Positions 40,165 through 50,474 of a DNA stretch of 64,000 nucleotides are shown one piece after another. The notes beneath the pieces were generated by a model. The model ran no database searches. It saw nothing but the letters and a program-made list of their open reading frames with translations, and was not told the origin of the DNA. Each line of letters starts with the position of its first letter. The stretch's first letter is position 1. The position numbers and the translations under genes were made by a program. Origin of the DNA: Myxococcota bacterium (GTDB lineage Bacteria > Myxococcota_A > UBA9160 > UBA4427); contig OZ252299.1 of the NCBI GenBank assembly GCA_965250285.1, positions 2,176,001-2,240,000 on the forward strand, in the 5' to 3' direction.

Positions 40165-40794
40165 GTGGCATCGATGAGCGTCGCTGCGGTCGACGTCGAG
40201 GACGAGATCGCGCAGGTCGCCCGGCGCATCCGGCGTCGGCGCGAGCAGGAGCGCCTCACCCTCGGCGAGCTCGCCGAGCGCAGCGGCGTGGCGCCAAGCA
40301 CGATCCAGAAGGTCGAGACCGGGCAGATGACGCCCAGCGTCGCGGTGCTGCTCAAGATCGCCCGCGGGCTCGGGCGCTCGGTGTCGGACTTCATCCGCGA
40401 CGACGAGCCGGCACGCGCGCTGGTCCACCTGCGCAGCGAGGACCGGCCGCGGATCGGACCGCGCGACGGCACCGCATTCGAACGCGTGAGCGGCGACGTC
40501 CCCGACCCGAAGCTCGAGATGTGGCGCGTCCACGTCGAGCCCGGCTCGGTGGGGCCGAAGCGACCGATTCAGTATCAGGGCGAGGCCCTGATCGTGTGCG
40601 AGCGGGGGCGCCCCACGCTCCTCGTCGGCGAGCACGAAGTCGTGCTCGGCACGGGCGACTCGCTCCACTTCGACGCGGAGGCCGGCATGACCTGGCGAAA
40701 CGACGGGACGCGTCCCGCCATTTTCACCGTCACCGGCACGCTGCCCGAAAAGCTGCGCGCGTCGCTCCAGGCCCGGGGCCGCCGACGGGGCTGA
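40165..40794 (+). CDS. XRE-family HTH-cupin transcriptional regulator
   Basis: LTLGELAERSGVAPSTIQKVETGQMTPS HTH; C-terminal cupin (GDSLHFDA). Confidence 0.9.
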   Translation: MASMSVAAVDVEDEIAQVARRIRRRREQERLTLGELAERSGVAPSTIQKVETGQMTPSVAVLLKIARGLGRSVSDFIRDDEPARALVHLRSEDRPRIGPRDGTAFERVSGDVPDPKLEMWRVHVEPGSVGPKRPIQYQGEALIVCERGRPTLLVGEHEVVLGTGDSLHFDAEAGMTWRNDGTRPAIFTVTGTLPEKLRASLQARGRRRG

Positions 40795-40842
40795 GCGCGT
40801 CAATCGGGGCCGGGGCGGGCCGTCGGCGGGGCTGAGCCCCTT

Positions 40843-41637
40843 CTAGCCGAGCCCCATCAGCTCGTTCAGCCCGAAGCGGTGTCCGGCGGTGAAGCCCCCG
40901 TCGATCACGAGCGAGTGCCCCGAGACGAACGAGGCTTCGTCGCTCGCGAGGAAGAGCGCCCCATTCGCGATCTCGACCGGCTGCCCGAAGCGCCCGAGCT
41001 GGTGCGCCGCCGCGATGCCGTCGGCGATGTGCCCGACGCCTTCGAGCCCGAACACGCTGTGCAGAAGCGGCGTCTCGATGAAGCCGGGGCAGATCGCGTT
41101 CACTCGGATGCCCTTGCGGCCGTAGTCCATCGCCATGTTCTTGGTGAGCAGGACGACGCCGCCCTTGCTCGCGTTGTAGACGCTGCCGCCTTCGAACCCT
41201 TCGATGCCCTCGACACTGGCGACGTTGATGATGCTGCCGCGCTCCTGCTCGAGCATCGACGGCAGGACCGCCCTGCAGGCGAGATAGGTGCCCTTGAGGT
41301 TGATGTCCATGCACTGGTCCCAGCCGTCGACTTCGAGCAGGTGCACGGGCCCGCCGCCAGCGACGCCGGCCGCGTTCATCAACACATCGATCTGCCCGAA
41401 TCGATCGAGGGTCTCCTGCGCGAGCGCCTGGAGCGCTGCCTCGTCTCGCACGTCGCCCTTGACGAAGTGGTGCCCCGATGCGATTCCGGTCGCCTTCGGC
41501 CAGTCGTCCCCGACCGGATCCCCGAGATCGAACCCGACGATCGTGGCGCCCTCCTCGGCGAAACGCAGCGCCGAAGCCGCGCCGATGCCCGATGCCGCGC
41601 CCGTCACGATGCACACCTTACCTTCGAGTCGTGCCAT
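40843..41637 (-). CDS. SDR-family oxidoreductase
   Basis: TGAASGIG, NAAG, YNASKGG. Confidence 0.94.
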   Translation of the reverse strand: MARLEGKVCIVTGAASGIGAASALRFAEEGATIVGFDLGDPVGDDWPKATGIASGHHFVKGDVRDEAALQALAQETLDRFGQIDVLMNAAGVAGGGPVHLLEVDGWDQCMDINLKGTYLACRAVLPSMLEQERGSIINVASVEGIEGFEGGSVYNASKGGVVLLTKNMAMDYGRKGIRVNAICPGFIETPLLHSVFGLEGVGHIADGIAAAHQLGRFGQPVEIANGALFLASDEASFVSGHSLVIDGGFTAGHRFGLNELMGLG

Positions 41638-41742
41638 GTCGTCTCTCTCTTTCTGTGTGGTCTTCCGTGTGGTCGGCGCGCTCGCGAACGCGCCGTGTGT
41701 TGGACCGACGGTCGTCGGCGCGCGTCTCGGCCGCGCCGCCGT

Positions 41743-42660
41743 TCAGTCCCGAAACCGCGGCATCACGTGCTCGCCGAAGCGCTGAAGCGAGTCGCACTCG
41801 AGCTCGTGCGAGCGTGTGCCGGGGCGAACAATACCGAGGAGCACGTCGACCCCCTGACTGCAGTACGCCTCGACGCGCTCGCCGCACTGCTCGGGTGAGC
41901 CGACGATGGCCGACTCGGCGTCGGCGTCGGACGCCCCGGCATCCGCACTGGCCCCGCCGCACAAGAGCGGCGTCGCCACGGCGAAGGGGCCGTGGGCACC
42001 GTCGCTCGAAGCCGCTCGGTACGCCGAGATCTCACCCGCGAGCGCCCCGGGTGCCCCGGGCGCAAGGTGCATGAAGCCAAGCCCGAGCGCTCCTGCGCGC
42101 GTCGCCGCCTCGGCGTCGGCTCCGGCCATCCAGATCGGGGGATGCGGGTCCTGCATCGGCTTCGGGAAGACGCTGCGCGCCGGCATCGTGAAGTGATCGG
42201 AAGACCAGCTGAACTCGTCGTCTGACCACATCGCGGGCAGCATCCGCAGCGCCTCGTCCCACTGGGCCTGCAGTTCGCCGGCGTCGACGCCGAGCTCGGC
42301 GAGCTCGTCCGCCGAGGGAAAGAGCCCGGTCCCGAGTTCGAAGCGACCGCGGCTCATGATGTCGAGCACCGCCGCCATTTCGGCGACGCGCACCGGATGC
42401 ATGTACTTGAACGGCAGCACACGGACACCATGACCGATGCGAATGCGCTCGGTGTGTTGCGCGACCGCCGCGAGCCAGATCTCGGGCGCACTCGCCACGC
42501 GCAGCGGATCCCCGAAGCATTGCTCGACCGACCAGACACAATCGAAGCCCAGCGACTCGGCGAGCTTCACCTGCTCGATCGCCGACCAGAGCGCAGCGTG
42601 CGCCGCCCCCGCCCCCCCGCCTCGCGTAGGCTCGATCTCGTAGAGCAGGCCGAACTTCAC
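41743..42660 (-). CDS. LLM-class flavin-dependent oxidoreductase
   Basis: MKFGLLYE, LAESLGFDCVW, TERIRIGHG, PKPMQDPHPPIW. Confidence 0.88.
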   Translation of the reverse strand: MKFGLLYEIEPTRGGGAGAAHAALWSAIEQVKLAESLGFDCVWSVEQCFGDPLRVASAPEIWLAAVAQHTERIRIGHGVRVLPFKYMHPVRVAEMAAVLDIMSRGRFELGTGLFPSADELAELGVDAGELQAQWDEALRMLPAMWSDDEFSWSSDHFTMPARSVFPKPMQDPHPPIWMAGADAEAATRAGALGLGFMHLAPGAPGALAGEISAYRAASSDGAHGPFAVATPLLCGGASADAGASDADAESAIVGSPEQCGERVEAYCSQGVDVLLGIVRPGTRSHELECDSLQRFGEHVMPRFRD

Positions 42661-43532
42661 GTCGCGTCGCCGCCCGACTGATCAGGGGTTGCGAACGTGG
42701 GGTTGCGCCTGAGTCGGATGTCTTCGAGGCGCGTCTCGCAGGCGGCGACCCACGGATCGCCAGGGTCGGGCAGCAGCCAGAACTGCTCGTCGCGGATGCC
42801 GCGCTCGACGCGCAGCGCCATCTCGCCCGGGTCGAGCCCCTGATTCACCGCGCTCGCGATCGCGTTCTCGACGACGAGGCGCTCGGGCGGTGCATCCTCT
42901 TCGTCGGCCCGCTTCAGGTGAGGCGGGCGATTGCGTCCCGAGCGCCCAATGCCCGTCTTGATCAGCTCGGGACACAGCACCGAGACACCGATCGGCGGCG
43001 ACTGACCCTGAAGCTCGAGATAGAGCGTCTCGCTGATCGCCACGACCGCGTGCTTGCTCATGTGATAGGCCCCCGACAGCGGCGCGTTGGTCAGCCCCGC
43101 CATCGATGCCGTGTTCACGATGTGCCCGCCTTGCCCCTGCTCGATGAGCATCGGCACGAAGGTGCGAATGCCGTGGATCACACCCCACACGTTGACCCCG
43201 AAGACCCACTCGTAATCGCTCACGGGCTTGGCCCAGCTCTGACCGCCGGCGAACACGCCCGCGTTGTTGCAGACGACGTGCACCGCGCCGAATGCATCGC
43301 GCGCACGTTCGGCGAGCTCGCTGACCGAGTCAGCCTGGCTGACGTCGGTGACGACCCCGATCGCCTCGCCGCCCTGCGCGTCGAGCTCACCGACGGCGTC
43401 GCGCAGCGCGTCGGGCTCGACGTCGGCGAGGACGACGCGCATGCCGAGTTCGCTGAAACGCCGCGACAGCGCCCGGCCAATGCCGCTCGCCCCGCCTGTC
43501 ACCACCGCCACGCGCCCTTCGAAGTCCTGCAC
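42657..43532 (-). CDS. SDR-family oxidoreductase
   Basis: TGGASGIG, NNAGV, YHMSKHA; GTG start at 43532. Confidence 0.92.
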   Translation of the reverse strand: MQDFEGRVAVVTGGASGIGRALSRRFSELGMRVVLADVEPDALRDAVGELDAQGGEAIGVVTDVSQADSVSELAERARDAFGAVHVVCNNAGVFAGGQSWAKPVSDYEWVFGVNVWGVIHGIRTFVPMLIEQGQGGHIVNTASMAGLTNAPLSGAYHMSKHAVVAISETLYLELQGQSPPIGVSVLCPELIKTGIGRSGRNRPPHLKRADEEDAPPERLVVENAIASAVNQGLDPGEMALRVERGIRDEQFWLLPDPGDPWVAACETRLEDIRLRRNPTFATPDQSGGDAT

Positions 43533-43712
43533 CCTGCGATCCTTTCTGCGAACATCCTCTGGAGCCCGCTCTGCCCCGCCCGGTCGGCGAGCATAGAGAG
43601 AACGGCGCCGCGGGATCAAGCGCCTCGACCGCGGCCCACGGTCGGGCCCGATGCAGCCGGGGCCACGCGCGACGTGCGCGCCCGGTGCCGCCCCGATGTG
43701 AGGAGAACCGAG

Positions 43713-45398
43713 TTGAGTGTCCAGGAAGAAATTCGCGCGCAGCTGACCGGCCCCGGCGGTCCATTCGAGCTCGTCGAAGAAAGCGTCCTCGGTGAGACGA
43801 TGCAGGTGTTCAAGAACCGAGAGAGCTCCCTGCGCGAGCTGCTGGCGAACTCGGCCGCCCACGGCGACAAGCTCTACATGGTGTACGGCGATCGCCGCAT
43901 CACGTATACCGAGCACCTTCGGCTCGTCGCCTCGGTCGCACGCGCGCTGAGCGAGAAGTACGGCATCGGCCCAGGCGACCGCGTCGCGATCCTCGCAGCG
44001 AATCGCCCCGAGTGGGTGATCACGTTCTGGGCCACCGTCAGCCTGGGCGGCATCGTCAGCGCGTGGAACGGGCTATGGACCCCCGATGAGATCGAGCATG
44101 CGCTCGCGCTCAGCGAGCCGAAGCTGATCGTCGGCGACCGGCGGCGCATCGCCCGCATGGAGGGCCTCGCACACGACGTGCCCGTGATCACAATGGAGGA
44201 CGACTTCGCCGAGCTCGAGGCGTGGGCGCCCGACGCGCCGCTGCCGGACGTGCCGATCGAAGAGGACGCACCGTGCCTGATCCTCTTCACGAGCGGTACG
44301 ACGGGGCGGCCCAAGGGCGCGGTCGTTTCGCACCGCGCGATCGTCGGCTTCGTGAAGACCCAGACGTACCACGGCCTCGAGCGGATGATGGTCGGCATGA
44401 AGCTCCATCCACCCGAGGCAGGCAGCACACCGCCGCCGGTCGATCTGTGCGCGATGGTGACGACACCGCTCTTTCACCTTTCGGGCCTGTACGCCATCGC
44501 CGTGATGATGCTCGTGCAGGGCGCGAAGACCGTGTACCGCGAGGGGCGCTTCGACCCGGTCGACGTGATGCGCCTGATCGAGAAAGAGAAGGTCTCGATG
44601 TGGTCGGCGCTCGGCGCCGCTGCTCCGCAGGTGCTCGCCCACCCCGACTTCGGCAAGTACGACCTCTCGAGCCTCCGCAACATCGGCTTCGGCGGTGCGC
44701 CGACGAGCCCCGCGCTGCTCGAGCGCCTGAAGAAGGAGATCCCCCACGCCGGCGGCGGGCTCGGCATGGGCTACGGCCTGAGCGAGTCGGGCGGCATGGG
44801 CGCGGCGATCGGCGGGTTCGAGCTCGATGCCCGACCGACGTCGACCGGCCGCGCGCAGCTCGCGCACCAGATCGAGATTCGGGACGACGAGGGCAAGCCC
44901 CTGCCGACGGGCGTCGACGGCCGCATCTTCATGCGCAGCCCCTATCTGATGCTCGAGTACTGGCGCAACCCCGATGCCACCGCCGAGACGATCCTTCCGG
45001 GCCGCTGGCTCGACACGGGTGACGTCGGGCGTCTCGACGAAGAGGGCTACCTCTACATCAACTCGCGCGCGCGTGACATGATCCTGCGTTCGGGCGAGAA
45101 CGTGTATCCCGTCGAGATCGAACACCGCCTTCATGCGCACCCGCAGGTCGTCGAGTGCGCGGTCGTCGGCGAGGATCATCCCGACCTGGGCCAGGAAGTG
45201 AAGGCCATCGTCGTCCCCGAGCCCGGCACGTCCCCGACCGAAGCCGAACTCGGCGCGTGGGTCGGCGAGACTCTCGCCAAGTACAAGGTGCCGACGATCT
45301 GGGAGATGCGCAGCGACCCGCTCCCCCGCAATGCCGCGGGCAAGGTCTTGAAGAAGGTGCTCACGGGCGAAGCCGAGGCCGGTCTGATCGACGAGTAG
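43713..45398 (+). CDS. Long-chain acyl-CoA synthetase (ANL family)
   Basis: FTSGTTGRPKG, GYGLSE, TGDVG, GKVLK; AGGAG RBS before TTG 43713. Confidence 0.93.
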   Translation: MSVQEEIRAQLTGPGGPFELVEESVLGETMQVFKNRESSLRELLANSAAHGDKLYMVYGDRRITYTEHLRLVASVARALSEKYGIGPGDRVAILAANRPEWVITFWATVSLGGIVSAWNGLWTPDEIEHALALSEPKLIVGDRRRIARMEGLAHDVPVITMEDDFAELEAWAPDAPLPDVPIEEDAPCLILFTSGTTGRPKGAVVSHRAIVGFVKTQTYHGLERMMVGMKLHPPEAGSTPPPVDLCAMVTTPLFHLSGLYAIAVMMLVQGAKTVYREGRFDPVDVMRLIEKEKVSMWSALGAAAPQVLAHPDFGKYDLSSLRNIGFGGAPTSPALLERLKKEIPHAGGGLGMGYGLSESGGMGAAIGGFELDARPTSTGRAQLAHQIEIRDDEGKPLPTGVDGRIFMRSPYLMLEYWRNPDATAETILPGRWLDTGDVGRLDEEGYLYINSRARDMILRSGENVYPVEIEHRLHAHPQVVECAVVGEDHPDLGQEVKAIVVPEPGTSPTEAELGAWVGETLAKYKVPTIWEMRSDPLPRNAAGKVLKKVLTGEAEAGLIDE

Positions 45399-45430
45399 CC
45401 AAGCCGCCCCGACCCACATAGTGCAGCGAC

Positions 45431-47821
45431 CTACCCCAACTCGGGGGCGGTTCCGATCACGGCATCGGCTTCGAGCGCGTCGAGCTCGGCTGCGCTCAGG
45501 CCGAGTCGTTCGGCGAGCACTTCGCGCGCATGCTGCCCAACGGTCGGCGCCGGGCGTCGAATCCAGCGTTCGACCCCGTCGAGTCGAAACGGGACCGTCG
45601 GTGTCGCGTGGGTGCCCACGACCGGGTGGTCAATCTCTTCGAAGAAGCCGCGCGCGGCGATCTGCGGCTGCCGACTCGCTCGCCTCGCGTCGACGACGCG
45701 CCCCACCGGCACCCCGGCCGCACCGAGGCGCTCGAGCGCAACGCCGAGGGGGGTCTGCGCCGCCCAGGCGCGCAGCCCAGCGTCGAGCGCATCGTGAACG
45801 GTGCGCCGACCTTCGAGGGTCGCGAGGGCCGCGTCGGCTTCCCAGTCCGCTCGCCCGAGCACCGTGCAGAGCGCGCGCCACTGCGCGTTCGTCGCGACGC
45901 TGATCGCGAGCCAGTCCTCCTCGCCCGGCCGACTCCCCGCCGCGGCGTACAGCCCCTGCGGCGCCGCCTCGGGGCTTCGGTTGCCCTGCCGCTCGAGACG
46001 TCGGCCATGGGCCGTCCACTCGATCACCTGCTCGGCCGCTGCGTTGAGCGCGCCCTCGACCATGGTCACTTCGACGAGCTGCCCGACGCCGGTCCGTTCG
46101 CGTTCGCCGAGCGCGACCAGCAGCGCCCAGGCGGCGTGCATGCCGGCGAGCGGGTCGCACGGGCCGCGCTGGATGCGCGGCTGATCATCGGCATGCCCCG
46201 TGACCCACGCCATCCCCGACAGCTGCTCCATCGTCTGCGCGAAGCCCGTATGATCTCGCCAGGGCCCGTCGAGCCCGAAGGCCGGCATCCTGACCATGAT
46301 CGTCGACCGCGAGTCGGCATGCAGCGTGTCCCAGTCGAGCCCGAACCCCTCGAGCACCCGGGGCGTGAAGTTCTCGACGACCGCGTCGGCATCGGCGATG
46401 AGCTGCCTGGCGAGTCGCACCCCGCGCGCATCGGTCAGGTTCAGCGTGATCCCCCGCTTGTTCGCGTTGGCGGCCAGGAAGAACGCGCTGTACTCCCACC
46501 AGGCGTCGGCGCGGCCGCGCATCATGCCGCCGGTCGTGCGCATGCCGTCGATGCGCTGCACGGCCTCGACGTGCACCACGTCGGCACCGAGGGTCGCGAG
46601 CATGTGCGTCGCCGAAGGCCCGGCCCACCAGGCGGTCATGTCGACGACGCGAAGCCCTTCGAGGGGCAGGCCGGCCCGACCCGTCGGGCGCGGCTCGGCG
46701 GGCCGAGAAGGCTGCATCCATGGATCGCCGTCGAGCTCGCCGAGGGCGGGCGCGGGTCGCCCCGTTCGCGGGCGCACGCCTCCGATGGCGTAAGGCGGAC
46801 GTGGATGGGTGAAGGCATCGGTGGCGTCGCGCACGAAGACACCGCGCGCCTGCAGATGGGCGTGGTCGAGCACGGTCTCACCATTGCAGACCGGCGCCAC
46901 CGGGATGCGCAGCAGACTCGCCGCATCGATGACCTCTGAAGTCGTGTGGCGCGACGTCCACGCCCGCACGATCGCCGACCACTCGTCGATGCGCGCCATG
47001 CGGGTCGGCACCTGGAACAGCGCTGCGTCCTCGCGCAGATCGGGACGCTCGATCATCAGCAGGAAGTCGGAGAACTGCTGATGCGAATTGGTACAGAAGC
47101 CGACGTAGCCATCCCGCGTGGGCTCGATCGAAGGTGTCTCGAGCGATTGCCCACGCCCGGGCGGCTCACTCAGGCCGAAGGCCTCGGCCGCGAGGCTGAA
47201 GAACAGGTCGCCGAAGTTGCTCGCGCCGTAGCACGCGACCTCGAGCAGAGAGAAGTCGATCCAGCGCCCGGGCGCGCCCGCCCGCGCCGCCCGCACCGCG
47301 GCGAGTGCCGGAACGGCCGCGAAGGGACCGGCCAGCCACTCGACGACGCGTCCACCCGCCTGAAACGGCTCGGCACCGGGCGCGCCGCGACTCGCGATGC
47401 TGCCCGATTCGGCCTGCAATACGAACTCGGTCGCTGGACGGTGGGCGTGCGGACCGGACCGACCCCACGGCGTGATCGAGAGCACGACCAGCCGGGGCTG
47501 CGCGCGGCGCAGCCCCTCGAGATCGAGCCCTTCGATGGTCGCGTCCTCGACGAGCAGGTCGAACGCACCGGCCCCTCGCTCGACGGCGCCGCGGCGATCC
47601 GCGGACGCGACCGACCGCTTGCCTGCGTGCAAGAATCGGAAGAGAGGCGCGTCGCCTTCCGCGGTGAGAGACCCGGTCGCCGACCACCGGCGCATCGGGT
47701 CGCCCGCCGGCAGCTCGAGCTTGACGACCTCGGCGCCCGCGTCGACGAAGAGCTTGGTGGCGTATGCGCCGGCGATGCCGGTAGTCGCATCGAGCACACG
47801 CATGCCCGCGAGCCAATCCAT
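45431..47821 (-). CDS. Two-domain family III CoA-transferase (CaiB/BaiF)
   Basis: Two CaiB/BaiF repeats (GAEVVKLE...GDPMR; WAGP...GADVVHVE...NKRGITL); catalytic Asp in domain 2 (GPCDP). Confidence 0.92.
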   Translation of the reverse strand: MDWLAGMRVLDATTGIAGAYATKLFVDAGAEVVKLELPAGDPMRRWSATGSLTAEGDAPLFRFLHAGKRSVASADRRGAVERGAGAFDLLVEDATIEGLDLEGLRRAQPRLVVLSITPWGRSGPHAHRPATEFVLQAESGSIASRGAPGAEPFQAGGRVVEWLAGPFAAVPALAAVRAARAGAPGRWIDFSLLEVACYGASNFGDLFFSLAAEAFGLSEPPGRGQSLETPSIEPTRDGYVGFCTNSHQQFSDFLLMIERPDLREDAALFQVPTRMARIDEWSAIVRAWTSRHTTSEVIDAASLLRIPVAPVCNGETVLDHAHLQARGVFVRDATDAFTHPRPPYAIGGVRPRTGRPAPALGELDGDPWMQPSRPAEPRPTGRAGLPLEGLRVVDMTAWWAGPSATHMLATLGADVVHVEAVQRIDGMRTTGGMMRGRADAWWEYSAFFLAANANKRGITLNLTDARGVRLARQLIADADAVVENFTPRVLEGFGLDWDTLHADSRSTIMVRMPAFGLDGPWRDHTGFAQTMEQLSGMAWVTGHADDQPRIQRGPCDPLAGMHAAWALLVALGERERTGVGQLVEVTMVEGALNAAAEQVIEWTAHGRRLERQGNRSPEAAPQGLYAAAGSRPGEEDWLAISVATNAQWRALCTVLGRADWEADAALATLEGRRTVHDALDAGLRAWAAQTPLGVALERLGAAGVPVGRVVDARRASRQPQIAARGFFEEIDHPVVGTHATPTVPFRLDGVERWIRRPAPTVGQHAREVLAERLGLSAAELDALEADAVIGTAPELG

Positions 47822-47939
47822 CGCGCGATCTCCTGGCGCAGCGCCGCGTCCCATCGCGAAGCGAACAGCTATTCTCACACACTCGTCTCGCCCCATCACG
47901 ACGCGCCGCCTCGAGTGTGCGCTTCGCGGAGTCGCTGAC

Positions 47940-50342
47940 TTGACCGACCTCGCCCCGCCGCCCCTCTCTGGCCTGCGCGTCCTCGAGATCGCCCGCGACA
48001 TCAGCGGCCCCTATGCGGGCAAGCTGCTGATCGATGCCGGCGCCGAGGTCATCAAGATCGAGCCGCCGGCGGGCGACCCGATGCGTCGCTTCACGTCGTC
48101 GGGCCATGCGCTCGCCGAGAACGAGGACAGCGCGCTCTTTCAATACCTGAACGCGTCGAAGCAGAGCGTGGTGCTCGACCTCGAGACCGAGGCGGGTCGG
48201 GCCGACCTGATGCGCCTGGTCGAGACCAGCGACCTGCTGATCGAAGATCTCGGCCCCGGACGCCTCGCCGAGCTCGGCCTCGCCGAAGCGATTGCGGCAG
48301 CTCGGCCCAAACTGTCGATCCTCTCGCTGTCGCCGTGGGGCGCAGAAGGTCCGCAGGCACATCGACCGGCGACCGAGTTCACACAGCAGGCAGCGGCCGG
48401 TTCAGTCGCCTATCGCGGCTTGCCCGACCGCTTCCCCCTGGCCGCCGGCGGGCGCCTCGGCGAGTGGGCGTTCGGCGCATTCGTCGCCGTCGGGGCGCTG
48501 ATCAGCACGCTGATGACGCGCGGGTCGGGCCGCGGGGCCGTCGTCGACGCGTCGCGCTTCGAAGCGATGCTGCTCTGCCTGACCGTCTACCACGACCTCG
48601 AAGGCCAGTTCAATGAAGGACCGACCCCGCGCTCGATCGAGATTCCGTCGATCGAACGCGCGCAGGATGGCTGGGTCGGCTTCTGTACGGTGACCGGCCA
48701 GCAATGGGTCGACCTCTGTACGCTGATGGGGCGGAGCGACGTCGGCGACGATCACGACTATCTCGTGGCGCAGAAGCGCATGGAGGACATGCCGTTCATC
48801 AAGAGCGTCATCGAGGGCTGGACCCTCGAGCACACGATCGACGAGATCCTCGAGCTGTGCGCGGCGTTCCGCATCCCCGCCTCGCCGATCGGCAACGGCC
48901 AGACCCTGCTCGACAACGAGCACCTCGTCGCGCGGGACGTCTTCGTCGATGCGCCGGGGGGTTTCAAGCAGCCGCGGCCGCCGTATCGCATCGAGCGAAG
49001 CCAGCAGAGGCCCCTCGGCGCCGCGCCGAAGCTCGGGGCCGATGAGGTCGACGCGCTGGTCGCGAGCGCCCGGCCCTCGCCCGCCGCGTCGGGGACCGGT
49101 GAGAACACCAGAGCTCGACCGCTCGAAGGCCTCAAGGTCGTCGACATGACGGCGTTCTGGGCCGGACCGCTCGCCACGTGCTTCCTCGCCGACATGGGCG
49201 CCGACGTCGTGAAGGTCGAGTCGATTCAGCGCCCAGATGGCATGCGCTTCGCGGGGGCAGTCCCCAACGACGAGATGTGGGAGTGGGCGCACGTCTTTCA
49301 CGGCGCCAACCCGGGCAAGCGAGATGTGACGCTCAAGCTCGACGACGAGCGCGGGTTCGCGTTGGTCAAGCAGCTGATCGAAGGCGCCGACGTCCTCATC
49401 GAGAACTACTCGGCCCGGGTGCTCGAGAACTTCGGGCTCGACTGGCCGAGCGTCCACGCGATGAACCCGAACCTGATCATGGTGCGCATGCCGGCGTTCG
49501 GGCTCGATGGCCCGTGGCGCGATCGCCCGGGCTTCGCGATGACCGTCGAGCAGATGAGCGGACTCGCGTGGATGACCGGGTACGAAGACATGCCGCTCGT
49601 GCCGCGCGGCTCGTGTGATCCGATCGGCGGCATGCACACGGTCTTTGCCCTGCTGCTCGCCCTCGAAGAGCGCGCGCGGGACGGCGCCGGTCGCCTCGTC
49701 GAGGTGCCGCTCGTCGAGGTCGCGATCAACATCGCGGCCGAGCAAGTGCTCGAGTACTCGGCGTACGGCGCGCTGCTGGTGCGCGAAGAGAACCGCAGCC
49801 CCGTGGCGGCACCGCAGGGTGTGTACGGCGGACCCGAGGATGCAGACAGCATCGCCCTCGCGGTGACAAGCGACGCGCAGTGGCGCGCCCTCGGCGAGGT
49901 CGCCGGGTCACCCGCCTGGGCGACCGATGCGCGCTTCGCCACGCACGCGGGTCGACGCACGCACCACGTCGACCTCGACGCCGCCCTCGACGCCTGGGTG
50001 AGATCGAAAGACGCGGCGAACGAGCGAGGCGAGCTGCTCGACCGACTGCACGCAGCCGGCATCGCAGCCGAGCCCGTGATCAACGCGAGACGCCTGATGC
50101 CGCATCCGCAGCTCGTCGCGCGCGGCTTCTATCAGGAGCTCGATCACCCGCGGACGGGCCCGACCCGCTATCCGACCTGGCCGCTCGCCTGGTCGACCTT
50201 GCCCCGAGCGCTGCACGCGAGCCCCCCGCCCTGCCTCGGGCAGCACAACGAAGCGGTGCTGAGGGAGTTGGGGCTCGACGAAGAGACCATCGAGGCGCTC
50301 CGACAGGATCAGGTGATCGGCAACCGGCCGAGCTTCATGTGA
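47940..50342 (+). CDS. Two-domain family III CoA-transferase (CaiB/BaiF), paralogue of the divergent gene
   Basis: Same architecture; catalytic Asp in GSCDP; GGAG RBS before TTG 47940. Confidence 0.92.
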   Translation: MTDLAPPPLSGLRVLEIARDISGPYAGKLLIDAGAEVIKIEPPAGDPMRRFTSSGHALAENEDSALFQYLNASKQSVVLDLETEAGRADLMRLVETSDLLIEDLGPGRLAELGLAEAIAAARPKLSILSLSPWGAEGPQAHRPATEFTQQAAAGSVAYRGLPDRFPLAAGGRLGEWAFGAFVAVGALISTLMTRGSGRGAVVDASRFEAMLLCLTVYHDLEGQFNEGPTPRSIEIPSIERAQDGWVGFCTVTGQQWVDLCTLMGRSDVGDDHDYLVAQKRMEDMPFIKSVIEGWTLEHTIDEILELCAAFRIPASPIGNGQTLLDNEHLVARDVFVDAPGGFKQPRPPYRIERSQQRPLGAAPKLGADEVDALVASARPSPAASGTGENTRARPLEGLKVVDMTAFWAGPLATCFLADMGADVVKVESIQRPDGMRFAGAVPNDEMWEWAHVFHGANPGKRDVTLKLDDERGFALVKQLIEGADVLIENYSARVLENFGLDWPSVHAMNPNLIMVRMPAFGLDGPWRDRPGFAMTVEQMSGLAWMTGYEDMPLVPRGSCDPIGGMHTVFALLLALEERARDGAGRLVEVPLVEVAINIAAEQVLEYSAYGALLVREENRSPVAAPQGVYGGPEDADSIALAVTSDAQWRALGEVAGSPAWATDARFATHAGRRTHHVDLDAALDAWVRSKDAANERGELLDRLHAAGIAAEPVINARRLMPHPQLVARGFYQELDHPRTGPTRYPTWPLAWSTLPRALHASPPPCLGQHNEAVLRELGLDEETIEALRQDQVIGNRPSFM

Positions 50343-50474
50343 GCCCGAGCGCGCGCTCCAGATTGCGTCCGATCCGCCGCGAACTGAGCCCGAGCGCGCG
50401 CTTCAGATTGCGTCCGATCCGCCGCGAACTGAGCCCGAGCGCGCGCTTCAGATTGCGTCCGATACGCCGCGAAC
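50340..50474. repeat. 45-bp tandem repeat x3 spanning the stop codons of two convergent genes
   Basis: TGAGCCCGAGCGCGCGCTYCAGATTGCGTCCGATMCGCCGCGAAC at 50340, 50385 and 50430. Confidence 0.95.

Noticed and set aside
36813..40472. 1498-aa ORF (35976-40472, minus) as a giant protein
   Set aside because: Only the last 278 codons are MaoC-like; the rest is the antisense shadow of four well-supported plus-strand genes.
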